A DNA stretch of 64,000 nucleotides from Parachlamydiales bacterium (GCA_963800655.1 CAWDBT010000002.1:513671-577670); one strand, 5' to 3'. Positions 1 through 10,300 are shown, numbered from the stretch's first letter. Numbers and translations: made by a program. The notes: a model not told the origin generated them from the letters alone.

Positions 1-1655
1 AAACAACGGCAGGACCATCGCATTTCTTTCTCTTAGAGATGGCGTCGTGCGCTACGACACTTCCATCTACGGGCTTCTTCCGACCCTCGCCCAGGCTCTC
101 AAGCGGAATCTCTCCAATATCCGCCAACTGCTCCAGCTCCATCAACATCTCAATGACGAAGAGCCCCGCATCGTCCGCGATAAAGAAATCCTGCTCGTCA
201 AGACAGCGCCTCTGCATATCCGCACCGTCTATGCCCGCGTCGTCGACTCGCTCCTGCCCCAAGGCTATCGACATACCAGCGCAAACGTCCTGGAACCGGA
301 CACCTATGCCTCCGGCGACATCTACGAGTTATACGGCTCCAGCAATCAAGTCCTCGACGACATTCCCCTCGAATTCTACACCCTCGAACCCCACCGCGAG
401 CACGTCTTCTTTTCCGATCGGGATCAACTCCAAACCTGTCTTGAAAACGCATCGTCCCTCTTCGAAGCATTCCGCACAGCTCCCGATCCCGGCCATCATC
501 TCGCCGCAGTCTTCGTCGTCAAAGGAACCCAACTCCAGCATCTCCAGCCATCCGATTGGATCGTCCGCGATCCTTACAAACACGAGTTCCCCGGCCTCGC
601 CAATCCCGCCCGCCAAGCGCTCATGGCGGAAAAATACATCGAGCACCAACCCTCGTATCCCTTTCTCAAAGCGATCCAAGACGGACTCATCACCTCCCAA
701 GGGATTCTTGCTCTGCCGCCATTTTCCCACACCCCTTCTCAAGCGGATGCTCCTCAACGATCAAGTCCTCCGATGCCTCAAACGGATCTATTTCCAGCAT
801 CCCTCCTGCTCCCACGACGACTTTTTCTCCCACGAAGATCGCTCCATGCTCCTCGATCTGGCCAAATTCGGCGTCCCCGTCTATTGGGTCGACGGCGGCA
901 TCGCAAAAAATCCTCCAATACGTCCTCAAGCCCGATAAGGATACCGGCCTTTTCGTTCCCCTTTCCCTCGTCGAAACATTTCGGAAAGCCACCGTGTTCG
1001 GCATCTACGGATCCAATCTCATCGAAGGCGGATTCGAACAGGAACTCAAAGCTTTCTTCGAAGGCGTCCTCGATCTGCGCGACCAGTCTCTCCCATCCGC
1101 TTCTCTCCCCCAACATCACCCCTCGCCCTTCTCACCGGAGGCGGACCCGGCGCCATGGCCATCGGCAATCGCGTCGCCAAATCCGTCGGCATTCTCTCCT
1201 GCGCCAATATCGTCGATTTCCGTCCCAAAGATAAAAGCGTCGTCAACGAACAAAAACAAAACGCCTATATCGACGCCAAAATGACCTACCGCCTCGATCG
1301 CCTCGTCGAAAGGCAAGCCGAGTTCTATCTCGACTTCCCCATCTTTCTCCCCGGCGGCATCGGAATGGATTTTGAATATACCCTCGAAGAAGTCCGCAGG
1401 AAAACCGGCTCTTCCCCCGCCAATCCCATTCTCCTCTTTGGAGAACCCGAGTATTGGAAGCGCAAAATCGCCTCCCGATTCCAACTCAACCGAGAAACCG
1501 GCACCATCAAAGGATCCGAGTGGGTCAGCAACTGCTTTTATTGCATCCGCAATGCCCGCCAGGGCATCTCCGTCATCCGACGCTTCTGTGAAAACACCCT
1601 TCCCATCGGCAAAAACGGCCCCATCTACGACGATGGTTTTTGCATCGTCGAATGA
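1..1655 (+). pseudogene. Large protein, 5'-truncated by the window edge, with a C-terminal LOG/TIGR00730-like (lysine-decarboxylase-like) nucleotide-binding domain; the sense reading switches frame at least 3 times
   Basis: Open from nt 2 with no upstream stop. Sense runs frame 2 (to about 720), then frame 3 (about 725-905, '...FGVPVYWVDGGI'), then frame 1 (about 905-1100, 'TVFGIYGSNLIEGGFEQELKAFFEGV'), then frame 3 (about 1105-1655, 'LLTGGGPGAMAIGNRVA ... FLPGGIGMDFEYTLEE'). GGGxGxM and PGGxG motifs are LOG-family hallmarks. Junctions lie at an A6 run (about 905) and a C5 run (about 1108). Confidence 0.6.
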
Positions 1656-1753
1656 GTCCAGCTTCACCCTATGGCCGAAAAAAATATTCCTAAATATTCA
1701 CAGACGAGTCCTGCCCCGATAAGAAGATCTTTCCCTCTCTTCCTCTCGGCTCT

Positions 1754-2956
1754 TTAAAACCCGTAATTGACGTTGAATTCGAAGTAATGCGTTCTTTCCT
1801 TCATGAACTGCCCTTCCAAAGAGTATCCATGGTGATAGCCCGCATACACTCTAAACTTTCGGCCGATCCCCGCCAGCTTGCTCAGCTCATAGCCTATCCG
1901 ATACGTTCCGTCGAAGTTCCAATCCAGAAACTGCATATTGCGGATATGCAATGCCAAAAACAACGAGCCGAATAATCGACTCGAGGGGAATTTGCTCCCT
2001 AGGAACCTCGCTTCCGTACCGTATTGAATGTACAGCGGCATCAGCTTAAACGTCGGATCGCTATGCACGATGACGCCCGGCCCCACGTACAAGCGAACTG
2101 CCTCCGTCGCTTGATAAGAAGTATAGAAATCGATCGCCTCGAAACTGGGATTGACCCTCTTTACATGCGGGTGGTGGACCATATATTCATCGCCCAAGTG
2201 GCTTGAAATATGATATCCCCTCAACCGGAAGGACCATTGGTTGATCGCATAAGTCACGGGAATCCCGCCGTAGAAGTCCGTATTGACCAGTTCCGCTTCC
2301 CATGAGCTCGTAGAAAAGTCGGGATCCATATTGAAAACCGACCAAATCCCGCCCTCGATCCCGATCTGCAAGTCTCCGTGCCATACATCCAGCCATCGAT
2401 AGATCGGAAAATCGTCTCCCAGCTCTACGTTGACCGACTTCGTCCCCATCACGTGGTCTCCGGCTCTCCACCCGAGCGTATAGCCGACCTGTCTTGGATC
2501 TGCGATGAGCGGCTGGAACAATTCGGTCATCTGGGGGAACCAGATCCCATTGATCTGAGGCCGCCGCACGTATTTCTCTCTCAGTTCTTCGTCTTCCGGC
2601 GGAACGCCGTTCAAGATGATGACCTCTTTGACTCCCGGGACGTCTTTGACAAAGGACTCGATACTATTCGCCGTCAGTTTATTTTTCGGCATATTGGCCA
2701 GCCAAACTTTTCGATCTTTGACCAATACGATGACGCGGTATTCCCCATAATGGGTATCGACCAAAGCCTGAATATATCCCTCGAAGTAGGGATCCGTGGC
2801 AGTTTCTGTAAAATCAGCTGGCAGGCTGTCCGACCGAGTCAAAACGATCGAGACTTCTTCTCTAGAACCTTGATCCTGAGGAAGTTCTTCCTGGGCGAAT
2901 AGAGCGTTCGCTGCGCATAGAATAGCCGAGAGGCGACCGGATTGTATTTTTCGCAT
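1754..2956 (-). CDS. Outer-membrane beta-barrel-like protein with N-terminal BON-like domain (possibly the chlamydial DUF1207 family)
   Basis: 400-aa ORF with signal-like N-terminus 'RLSAILCAANALFAQ'. BON-like segment 'VIVLVKDRKVWLANMP...VKDVPGVKEV'. Alternating amphipathic strands. Terminal aromatic 'NVNYGF', typical of OMP C-termini. The family name is from memory of size and taxon only. Confidence 0.6.
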   Translation of the reverse strand: MRKIQSGRLSAILCAANALFAQEELPQDQGSREEVSIVLTRSDSLPADFTETATDPYFEGYIQALVDTHYGEYRVIVLVKDRKVWLANMPKNKLTANSIESFVKDVPGVKEVIILNGVPPEDEELREKYVRRPQINGIWFPQMTELFQPLIADPRQVGYTLGWRAGDHVMGTKSVNVELGDDFPIYRWLDVWHGDLQIGIEGGIWSVFNMDPDFSTSSWEAELVNTDFYGGIPVTYAINQWSFRLRGYHISSHLGDEYMVHHPHVKRVNPSFEAIDFYTSYQATEAVRLYVGPGVIVHSDPTFKLMPLYIQYGTEARFLGSKFPSSRLFGSLFLALHIRNMQFLDWNFDGTYRIGYELSKLAGIGRKFRVYAGYHHGYSLEGQFMKERTHYFEFNVNYGF

Positions 2957-3166
2957 AGTAAACTCCTAAACTTTCTATATACAGCTCCTCTGATTGCATG
3001 CCAAGGTTTTCTTCGAACTTTTTATTTAATTCAAAACTATACGAGTCAATTTGAAAAAACTAACATTCATTTTAAGACAGATAAGATTAATCGAGCCTAC
3101 AACCCGAGCTTCGATCGATTCTTCTCATATTTCTGCGAAAAGAATCGACGAAGCCTTGTAAAACAT

Positions 3167-4123
3167 CTAGGCATCGATCTTTTGTTCGATCGGGGCGATA
3201 TAGACCCACTTCCCTTGAAAATCGATAATGACCCGATGCTCCATGAAAAACGGCATTCCTAGAATCGCATCAAAACGATGCGGTGTTTTTACAGGGAGAT
3301 GCTGGAAGATTTTTTTTCCAAGATTCAACCCTCCTATGCAGAAAGACTCAAATTCTGTTAAATTATCTGGGTTTGAAAAAATCTCTTCCGGAGATAGGTT
3401 TTCAGAATTCTCTACATTTAAAATATTTAAACTCGCTCCGGTATCGAGAAGACATTCTAATATCTTATCTTCAGTTTTCGCATAAATCTCGACAAATCCG
3501 TGATTGAGAAAAAGAGGTTCTTTTACAAATCCATCGATTGAACAACCCTGTTCGACCAGAGTTTGAAAGCTATCGCACACTACTATTTGAGAATTCGCTA
3601 AATCTAAAAAGAGACTCCCGGAAGAAAACAATCTCCAGCCGATAGATCCCATGTCTTCTGGAGGCTTTACAGTCTCGGTCTGTATAATGAGAGATTCTTT
3701 TCTTAAATCGTAAGATCTCTCCCAAAGGGTGACATTTCCAAACGTACCCTCTCCCATTTTTAGCTGAGGGATTCGATATACTTCGACAGGGTATCCGTTC
3801 CCCCTAAACCCGTATTTTATTTCAGAAGATACAAATGTTTTCGCCCGAACCCTTTCTATGGATTCTTTAAACAGAGATAAAGCTCCTTGGAATCCTAGAT
3901 CTAAAGCAACCAGGAAAGGTTTTCCCTCGATTTCGACTTCTACTTGAGGATGATTCGCCAGGGAAAATCCAGCGATCCGGATCGGGAAACAAAACCGATT
4001 CTGTTCTGATCGAAGGGAAGCTAGCTTCCCTTCGTCTTTATGCGATTTAGATTTAATAGCCCAAATACCACCCAAGATACAGAGGCCAAGAAAAAGCACG
4101 GAAAAATTCCGTTTTTTTTTCAT
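3167..4123 (-). CDS. Retropepsin-like (clan AA) aspartic protease, N-terminally membrane-anchored or secreted
   Basis: 'ILECLLDTGASLNILN' is a classic D-T-G-A active-site loop. An upstream degenerate lobe reads 'FLVALDLGFQGALSL'. Start chosen at 'MKKKRNFSVLFLGLCILGG' (nt 4123), directly after the stop of the upstream gene. AT-richer than the core. Confidence 0.65.
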   Translation of the reverse strand: MKKKRNFSVLFLGLCILGGIWAIKSKSHKDEGKLASLRSEQNRFCFPIRIAGFSLANHPQVEVEIEGKPFLVALDLGFQGALSLFKESIERVRAKTFVSSEIKYGFRGNGYPVEVYRIPQLKMGEGTFGNVTLWERSYDLRKESLIIQTETVKPPEDMGSIGWRLFSSGSLFLDLANSQIVVCDSFQTLVEQGCSIDGFVKEPLFLNHGFVEIYAKTEDKILECLLDTGASLNILNVENSENLSPEEIFSNPDNLTEFESFCIGGLNLGKKIFQHLPVKTPHRFDAILGMPFFMEHRVIIDFQGKWVYIAPIEQKIDA

Positions 4124-4127
4124 AAAT

Positions 4128-4577
4128 CTAGTCGCGTTCGATGTGATTATACTGTTTGTCCGGAGAGTCTCCAGCAGCGCCTGCGTCATGTCCCGAAGAT
4201 TTAGAACCCGTAGCAAAGCTCAGGGTACCCGTCCCGTCAGATTTACTGCTCATACTCCCTTTAATGTAGTTTCCTCTATCATCAAATCCTCGCATTTCTC
4301 CGGTGATCGTGACCTTAGCATCTTCAGATCCACCGAAAGTGACCTCTATCCTCCCCTCCACCTCAAACGATCCCCTTGCTTTTGAAAAGCTAATCCAGGT
4401 TTTTTCATTCGGCAGATGTTTGATTTCTCGATGACTCAAGCTTAGTTCATGCTGTTCATCGCTGATTTTCTCATGCAATGCCAGCTCTTTTGAATCTTTT
4501 TCCGAAGTTTCATTTTCGCTTGTCCAATCGCCGTAGATTTCCGTTGCTCCCGAGTCGGTATTCATTTCAATTGTCAT
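4128..4577 (-). CDS. Hypothetical acidic protein
   Basis: ORF 4128-4634. Start placed at ATG 4577 ('MTIEMNTDSG') because GGAGG lies 5 nt upstream. A near-consensus promoter sits just upstream. Confidence 0.5.
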   Translation of the reverse strand: MTIEMNTDSGATEIYGDWTSENETSEKDSKELALHEKISDEQHELSLSHREIKHLPNEKTWISFSKARGSFEVEGRIEVTFGGSEDAKVTITGEMRGFDDRGNYIKGSMSSKSDGTGTLSFATGSKSSGHDAGAAGDSPDKQYNHIERD

Positions 4578-4606
4578 AAGGTCCTCCGTTAAAATGACCG
4601 ACGGAA

Positions 4607-4634
4607 ATTCTAAATATTTCAATAATAAAGTCAA
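4607..4634 (-). promoter_or_regulatory. Sigma-70/66-type promoter (TTGACT - 16 nt - TAGAAT) for the 4128-4577 gene
   Basis: On the minus strand the -35 TTGACT is at 4634-4629 and the -10 TAGAAT at 4612-4607. The ATG is about 30 nt downstream with a GGAGG RBS. The same module recurs at 13882-13909. Confidence 0.55.
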
Positions 4635-4692
4635 CTATTTAGTCGTCTTTAAAAATATTCTGATATGAATTGAATTATTTAATTGAAACAAT

Positions 4693-6009
4693 CTACTCGG
4701 CTGTGAGCCAGCGACGAGCCACTGAAAGAACGCTTTGTTTTTCTCCGTATCGGAGCATTCCGATAGCTGACGCAAAACAAAGAACGACCGCAATCCCTAG
4801 AACCGGGATCGCTCCGCATCCCATGAGCATCCAGCCTCCGAGAGCAGGTCCCACGATCCCTCGCAAACCGACCATCGCCACATTTACGCCCGTATAGCGC
4901 GAGCTCTCTTCTTTCCCTGCGAAATGCGCTCCGGACATATTCCAAACCAAGTGGCTGCCTCCCTGAGCGATCCCGTACAAAAAGTAGGCCGCATAGAACC
5001 ACGACACTTCCCATTTTGCAAAGCCCAGCAGCAAGGGAAATAAAGCCATCGCTAAACACACAAAACACGTCATCCGGTGAATCGAATAGCGGCTCATCCC
5101 CCTTCCCCATAGAGGAGAAGACAGAGCGAAGCCGAGTCCCTTGGCAATCGAAATAGCTCCCGCCATGCCCATATAGGAAATGCCCAGCTCATCTACAATG
5201 AACGGAGGCAAAGCCGGCTGAATCAGCATCAACGCCAATCCGCACACCATAAATCCCCACTGGAACGCCGAGAAATCCCTTCTCGTCCGCATCAGGTGCC
5301 AACTATCTCGCCATGGGCGAATCGCCAGCTCCTTCCAGGAAACTCTCTCAATCGGCTCTTCCCTTTTGACGGGAACCCGAGCCTGCATGATCGTTCCCCC
5401 TAATCCCAATACAGCCGCTCCGGCATATAAGATCTTCCATAACTCCGGATGATGATCGAGCAAAGCCCCCGCTGCGATCGACAGCAAAATGCCTTCCGCA
5501 TATCCAATCGCCGAACTCCAAGAGAACGCCCGATCCCGATCTTCCGACTTGAGGTTTCTCTTTAAAATCTCCACCCAAGCAGGCGTTCCCGCTCGATAAA
5601 ACAGCATATAATTGACAGCAGCCGCAATCGCATACCAAGTCGAATCGACCCATGGGAAAAACAGAAATGGAAGCCTCATCAAGATCCCGGCTCCGAGCAC
5701 ATTGGCTCTGAGCCTTCCTTTCGATCCCGCGCTCCAATAGAAAGACAACAAAGCGACCGCAGGCCGTAGCATCGTAAGAACAGCGACCTGAAGCCCCGTC
5801 ATATGGAGCTCTTTGTACAGCACAAAAGCGGCCATACAGCTAGACAGAGTAGCTAAAGGCTCATTCAGAAAGCTGGACCAAAGCAATCCGCGTTTAGTCC
5901 TGCGCTGAATTAAAAGAGATTTTACCATTCTCCCCCGTTGAACAGGCACCCCTATGATACCCTTCTTGGCCCTTTTCGCGGAACCACAAATCATCTCCTT
6001 TAAAACCAA
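4693..6009 (-). CDS. MFS-type transporter
   Basis: 438-aa ORF with about 12 hydrophobic helices and MFS-like loop motifs. The start codon is uncertain. Confidence 0.75.
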   Translation of the reverse strand: MVLKEMICGSAKRAKKGIIGVPVQRGRMVKSLLIQRRTKRGLLWSSFLNEPLATLSSCMAAFVLYKELHMTGLQVAVLTMLRPAVALLSFYWSAGSKGRLRANVLGAGILMRLPFLFFPWVDSTWYAIAAAVNYMLFYRAGTPAWVEILKRNLKSEDRDRAFSWSSAIGYAEGILLSIAAGALLDHHPELWKILYAGAAVLGLGGTIMQARVPVKREEPIERVSWKELAIRPWRDSWHLMRTRRDFSAFQWGFMVCGLALMLIQPALPPFIVDELGISYMGMAGAISIAKGLGFALSSPLWGRGMSRYSIHRMTCFVCLAMALFPLLLGFAKWEVSWFYAAYFLYGIAQGGSHLVWNMSGAHFAGKEESSRYTGVNVAMVGLRGIVGPALGGWMLMGCGAIPVLGIAVVLCFASAIGMLRYGEKQSVLSVARRWLTAE

Positions 6010-6067
6010 CTACTTAAGAAAACCTTGCATTCTGATTTTTGCTCTTTTATCCTAGCAGCAACTTTAT

Positions 6068-6140
6068 GGGGCAATAGCTCAGTGGTTAGAGCAGCGGACT
6101 CATAACCCGTCGGTCCCTGGTTCAAGTCCAGGTTGCCCCA
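6068..6140 (+). tRNA. tRNA-Met (anticodon CAT); could instead be lysidine-modified tRNA-Ile2
   Basis: 73-nt cloverleaf folded by hand. Acceptor GGGGCAA/TTGCCCC, D arm GCTC-AGTGGTTA-GAGC, anticodon loop CTCATAA, T arm CCTGG-TTCAAGT-CCAGG, discriminator A, no encoded CCA. The G1-C72 pair argues against an initiator. Confidence 0.9.
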
Positions 6141-6142
6141 TT
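6114..6142 (+). repeat. att-like direct repeat, left copy (3' part of the tRNA)
   Basis: 'tccctggttcaagtccaggttgccccatt' is identical to 10301-10329. Confidence 0.85.
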
Positions 6143-6375
6143 TTACTTAAGCTGTTAGATAACAGTCATTTTCGTTCTGGCGTAATATTCTTTTCTCAAC
6201 AAGAAAGACATTATGTCAGAACTTTTGTCAGGATTCCACCCCTTTCGCGATATTTGCTATACACTCCTGTTTGACTCTGCTTGATTCCTGCTGAAATAGA
6301 GCGAAAAAGATCAAAGCTTCTGTTATAAGTTTTCTTAAATGTGAAAGGTTCCCACCCCCCTAAAACCGTTAAGCT

Positions 6376-7224
6376 ATGAATGTCACCACAGAAAAAGAAT
6401 TAGAAGAACTTCGTGAAAAGCTTCTAAATAAGATTGAAGAACATGTCTTGAAATTTCACGTCTCTTTGGGAAGTTACTTGGGCTCTTCAGAACTACCTCC
6501 GCCGATCGGTTCAGGCACTTTTGTCAAATTTAGCACTTTAGCACATGTGGTCTATGGCATCCTCACCGCGGCTCATGTTGTTAAAGATTTGAAATTTGGA
6601 TTGCTAGGTCAGCCAGCGTTCGTAGGATTGTCTAAGCTCCAAAATGGGGAGACTGTCGCTTGTTCAGTGTCATTCCCTTACATTTATGGCTGCGTTGAAA
6701 TTGAAGGCTTCCATTCTGATTCAGATAACGCTTACAGACCAGATATCGCTTTTATTGCTTTAGGTATCGATGGTCGCTTGCCAAATCATGAGCTGATCAC
6801 TGAATCACTCTTTTACGACCTAGACTCCAATAAAGAGTTTGTCATGTACGACCCTCAAATCGCCTCCGCGTTTTATAGAGGAGCAGCTCCTAAAAGACCA
6901 GACGGGCTCCTTGATACTGCTGTATGCATAGGCGGAGGAGAAAGATTGCGATCCGATGATAAAGCTCATCTCCAATACTGGGAAATACCAAACGACACCA
7001 ACAAATCCATTGCTGGTGGGTCAGGAGCTGGTTTTTGGCGATTCTATTGTGAAAAACAGCAAATAACCCCATCGCTCGAAGGCGTGATAATTTCGGAAGA
7101 ATGCTCCAACTATTCTTATTTTGAAGCTCTAGCTACCCCCTACCTTTACGAAGACTTTTTGCCCAAACTAAAAGAGTTTTGCGAAAAAAACCTCAGCTGT
7201 TTTGGGAGAGAAGCAAATGCCTAA
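6376..7224 (+). CDS. Trypsin-like (chymotrypsin-fold) serine protease, cytoplasmic
   Basis: Candidate triad motifs: 'ILTAAHVV' (His), 'PDIAFIAL' (Asp) and 'AGGSGAGFW' (GxSGx Ser). No signal peptide. N-terminal coiled-coil-like helix. Confidence 0.6.
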   Translation: MNVTTEKELEELREKLLNKIEEHVLKFHVSLGSYLGSSELPPPIGSGTFVKFSTLAHVVYGILTAAHVVKDLKFGLLGQPAFVGLSKLQNGETVACSVSFPYIYGCVEIEGFHSDSDNAYRPDIAFIALGIDGRLPNHELITESLFYDLDSNKEFVMYDPQIASAFYRGAAPKRPDGLLDTAVCIGGGERLRSDDKAHLQYWEIPNDTNKSIAGGSGAGFWRFYCEKQQITPSLEGVIISEECSNYSYFEALATPYLYEDFLPKLKEFCEKNLSCFGREANA

Positions 7225-7858
7225 TCATCCTACTGCCATCATCCAAACAGAGCGTTTAATCTTAAGGCAATGGTGCGATCAAGATATAGACCCATATAGA
7301 AAGCTGAATGCCGATCCGAGAGTAATGGAATTTTTTCCTGCCACTTGGACTCAAGAAGAAAGTGACACATCGTTACAATCCGCGCGGAACCATATTGAAA
7401 AGTACGGATGGGGAAAATGGGCAGTTTCTCTTCTAGAAACAGACGAGTTCATAGGTAGAATTGGTTTAGAAGAGGTAGATTTTCAAGCGTCTTTTTCGCC
7501 AAACATTGAACTCGGATATCGGATTGCTTACAAGGATTGGGGAAAGGGTTATGCATCAGAAGGTGCAAAGGCTGCCCTTGAATATGGATTCCTGTACCTT
7601 AATTTAAGGGAAATTATTGCCTTTACTCCGGTTCAAAACCTGCGTTCCCAAATTGTTATGCAACGCATCGGCATGCATCACAGTCCTAAAGATGATTTTG
7701 ATCATCCAAAGCTACCAAAAGAACATAGATTGAGCAGGCATGTCCTTTATCGGCTTGGGTTAGATGAATGGCAAAAAATGCAGAATACTGTGAACCATGA
7801 GGCAGATGTACGAACCCACGCATTAAGAAGTTTTTCTCATACTACAAGCCATATTTAG
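7217..7858 (+). CDS. GNAT family N-acetyltransferase (RimJ/RimL-like)
   Basis: 'TERLILRQW...DPRVMEFF...WGKGYASEGAKAALEYGF'. It is a clear paralogue of 27494-28111. Start taken at the ATG at 7217, downstream of GGGAGAG; it overlaps the protease stop. Confidence 0.8.
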   Translation: MPNHPTAIIQTERLILRQWCDQDIDPYRKLNADPRVMEFFPATWTQEESDTSLQSARNHIEKYGWGKWAVSLLETDEFIGRIGLEEVDFQASFSPNIELGYRIAYKDWGKGYASEGAKAALEYGFLYLNLREIIAFTPVQNLRSQIVMQRIGMHHSPKDDFDHPKLPKEHRLSRHVLYRLGLDEWQKMQNTVNHEADVRTHALRSFSHTTSHI

Positions 7859-7875
7859 GTCTATTTTATGCAGAT

Positions 7876-8148
7876 ATGGCATGTGCGGTCATTGTATCTG
7901 CAACTGTCCTCGCAATCCCTCTATGTATTAGATATATCACCAAGAATTTAGAAGCGTATTCCCCTGATGTACTTAACCAGATTTACATCATGGGCGGTGT
8001 TATGCTTGCTTTGGTAGCAGTTCATGCCATTGCCCGCGCTTTTGTGGACTATAAAGGCCATGTGATGGGTGCTTTAATGGAAAAAGACATGCTCAACCGC
8101 TGTTGGTTTGATGAATCCAAATGCTCTTCAGGTATATCAAAACCCTAG
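7876..8148 (+). pseudogene. Fragment resembling the N-terminal transmembrane domain of an ABC exporter
   Basis: The 90-aa ORF 'VSATVLAIPLCIRYITKNL...GGVMLALVAVHAIARAFVDYKGHVMGALMEKDM' resembles the first two helices of an MsbA-like TMD and then ends. No ATPase domain follows. Confidence 0.4.
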
Positions 8149-8333
8149 AATCCTACCGCCGCGAATGGAATGACAAACAAGGCTGCTGGTCAAGTCACCC
8201 TCTCCACAACAAATTCGCTCATGGAACGGACGCCTTTCGAACCCTAGCGACAGGGCTGACTTGCATCGAAGAGAAACCCAGCTCGCCCATCAAACGCCCT
8301 TTAGGCCCCAAAGATGCGTCGGCCTACACCTAG
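8121..8333 (+). pseudogene. Remnant of a phage terminase large-subunit C-terminus
   Basis: 'LESYRREWNDKQGCWSSHPLHNKFAHGTDAFRTLATGL' matches the typical terminase tail pattern (..Y..e.d...g.w...P.Hd.sH.aDAFRy.a.g). Only about 60 aa remain. Confidence 0.5.
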
Positions 8334-8473
8334 GGCATCCGCTTTATACGAACCCGTATTCTTGCAATCAGTCGCTATTGAAAAATCCTGTTTCCAATAA
8401 ATGTGGCAATGGCTGTAAGAATCTTACAGCCATATGCAAAATTCTCATCTAACCAAACATTTCTTAAGGACAC

Positions 8474-8833
8474 TCACCGCTGAATTATTTCTTTCAATTC
8501 CTTAAAAGAACCATGTTTATTTAGTTGAGAGTAAAAAAAGGATTTCTCATCTTTTTCCAACTCATCTATCTCCCAAATTGTTTTTTTGAAAGAGAATTGA
8601 CTTAAGTTTTCCAAAAATTGTGTCTGCATATCTGGCGAAGTTTCCACATACGCAAACGCCAATTGATAAAGAAAAGAAACATTTGGAATAAATGTATCTG
8701 GGTTGCGAAAATCATTATGATCTTGAATTGCATACAAAAAGTCTAACAATCGCGCCTCTTCAACCTCGTTCGGCATTCGATCTTCATATCTACCTGAAAA
8801 ATTCTCAAAAACAATAATCGCACACAATTTCAT
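8474..8833 (-). CDS. Hypothetical protein
   Basis: 119-aa AT-rich ORF inside the island. No recognisable motif. Confidence 0.4.
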   Translation of the reverse strand: MKLCAIIVFENFSGRYEDRMPNEVEEARLLDFLYAIQDHNDFRNPDTFIPNVSFLYQLAFAYVETSPDMQTQFLENLSQFSFKKTIWEIDELEKDEKSFFYSQLNKHGSFKELKEIIQR

Positions 8834-9115
8834 GAACGAAGATAAATCAAAATCGACTTCAACTTTCGACTTTGTTTGATGCGTTTGAACTTAAAAATGA
8901 AAAATGTCAACAAGACCCTTCAATGAAGGATGTTGGAAGAAAGACTTCATCCCAACTGAATAAAGAAGTATTTTTAGTTGGCATAATCGTCCTAAAATTC
9001 GATTAGCGACAAAACTGCTCCCAGTTAAAAAAACAGATTATTATTTTAATTTGACATCTTGACATTTTAACATTTCAAATGCATACTAACTCAAGTTTTT
9101 TAAGGAGAATTTTTA

Positions 9116-9985
9116 ATGTTTAAATCTATAGCAATTGCCTTACCTTTAATGGTGGGCTCACTATTAATTGCGAATGAAGATCAACTATCTAGCGCATCGG
9201 AACAGGAATTGATATCGTTAGATTGGCAAATTACTGGCACATACAAATTGCCATCTTCCCATTCCTCACTTTCAGTCCCATCTGAACATTTAGCTGTAAT
9301 TGGAAAAGATGCGGAAAAATTATCGAATCTTATTGGTAATGACCCTGATTCTTCTTTGGAAGCCATTACAATAGATGACTCATTCAATAATACAGTCTAT
9401 TTCTTTCATCATGATGCAGGGTACATATCACTGAGTGACTGGGAAGAAGTTGATCCAAACGAATTACTTTCAGCCATTAGAGAAAATACTGAAGAAAGCA
9501 ACAAAGAGAAAAGAAAAAAGGGACTTGATGAAATCCATATCATTGGTTGGATTGAAGAACCAACATTAGATAAGCATGCAAACACTGTATATTGGTCGAT
9601 TGAATCCCTAGATGGTGACTCTGAAAAAAAATCATTTAACTCAGTTGCTTTAAGGCTGGGACGTCATGGATTTGAAAGAGTTGTATGGGTTGGCGATGTT
9701 TCTGAATATAAGGCTTTTGGTGGTGAGTTAGCTCTTATGTTAAGATCACATACCTTTGACCCTGGGCATAGATATTCCGATCATGAGGCAGGAGATAAAG
9801 TAGCGAGCTATGGAATTGCGACTCTTGTTGCAGCTACCATCGGAGCTAAAGTTGCCAAGGCTGGCGGACTTGCTATTTTATTTAAAAAAGTGGGCGGTTT
9901 CATAGCGGCCGGTATTGCTGCTCTCTTTTACAAATTAAGAAAAATCTTCAAACGAAAACACACGGATGATGCAGCAAATGAGTGA
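9116..9985 (+). CDS. Membrane-anchored protein, DUF2167-like
   Basis: Signal peptide, then 'IIGWIEEPTLDKHANTVYWSIES', which resembles the GW..P.YD....L.W core of DUF2167. Gly/Ala-rich C-terminal TM helices. AGGAG RBS upstream. Confidence 0.55.
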   Translation: MFKSIAIALPLMVGSLLIANEDQLSSASEQELISLDWQITGTYKLPSSHSSLSVPSEHLAVIGKDAEKLSNLIGNDPDSSLEAITIDDSFNNTVYFFHHDAGYISLSDWEEVDPNELLSAIRENTEESNKEKRKKGLDEIHIIGWIEEPTLDKHANTVYWSIESLDGDSEKKSFNSVALRLGRHGFERVVWVGDVSEYKAFGGELALMLRSHTFDPGHRYSDHEAGDKVASYGIATLVAATIGAKVAKAGGLAILFKKVGGFIAAGIAALFYKLRKIFKRKHTDDAANE

Positions 9986-10118
9986 TCTTATACTTTGGTG
10001 TTGCATTATAGCTGCTCTTTTTGTTATTTGGCACATCATCAAACGCATGATTTATGCCTTATTTTACGTTGCTAAAAAGGCAATGGAAGATGCTAAGAAC
10101 AAGAATAGCGACGAGTAA
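9978..10118 (+). CDS. 46-aa single-pass membrane peptide (below the ORF-track cut-off)
   Basis: The ATG overlaps the stop of the upstream gene (aATGAgTGA). Sequence 'MSDLILWCCIIAALFVIWHIIKRMIYALFYVAKKAMEDAKNKNSDE'. Confidence 0.35.
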   Translation: MSDLILWCCIIAALFVIWHIIKRMIYALFYVAKKAMEDAKNKNSDE

Positions 10119-10300
10119 ATTCAGATAACAACAAGAATTGATTAATAGAATCAAAACGCCCCTCAAGAACAAAAAAAATATCATTAAATATAAGCATTTC
10201 AGCCATTATTAGTATTGATATGCAATGTTCTTGAAAAGCCAGAGCAAGAGCTTTCAGAGATTATAGACGCCTTTGTAAATCGAACACTGGGGGGCCTTCA

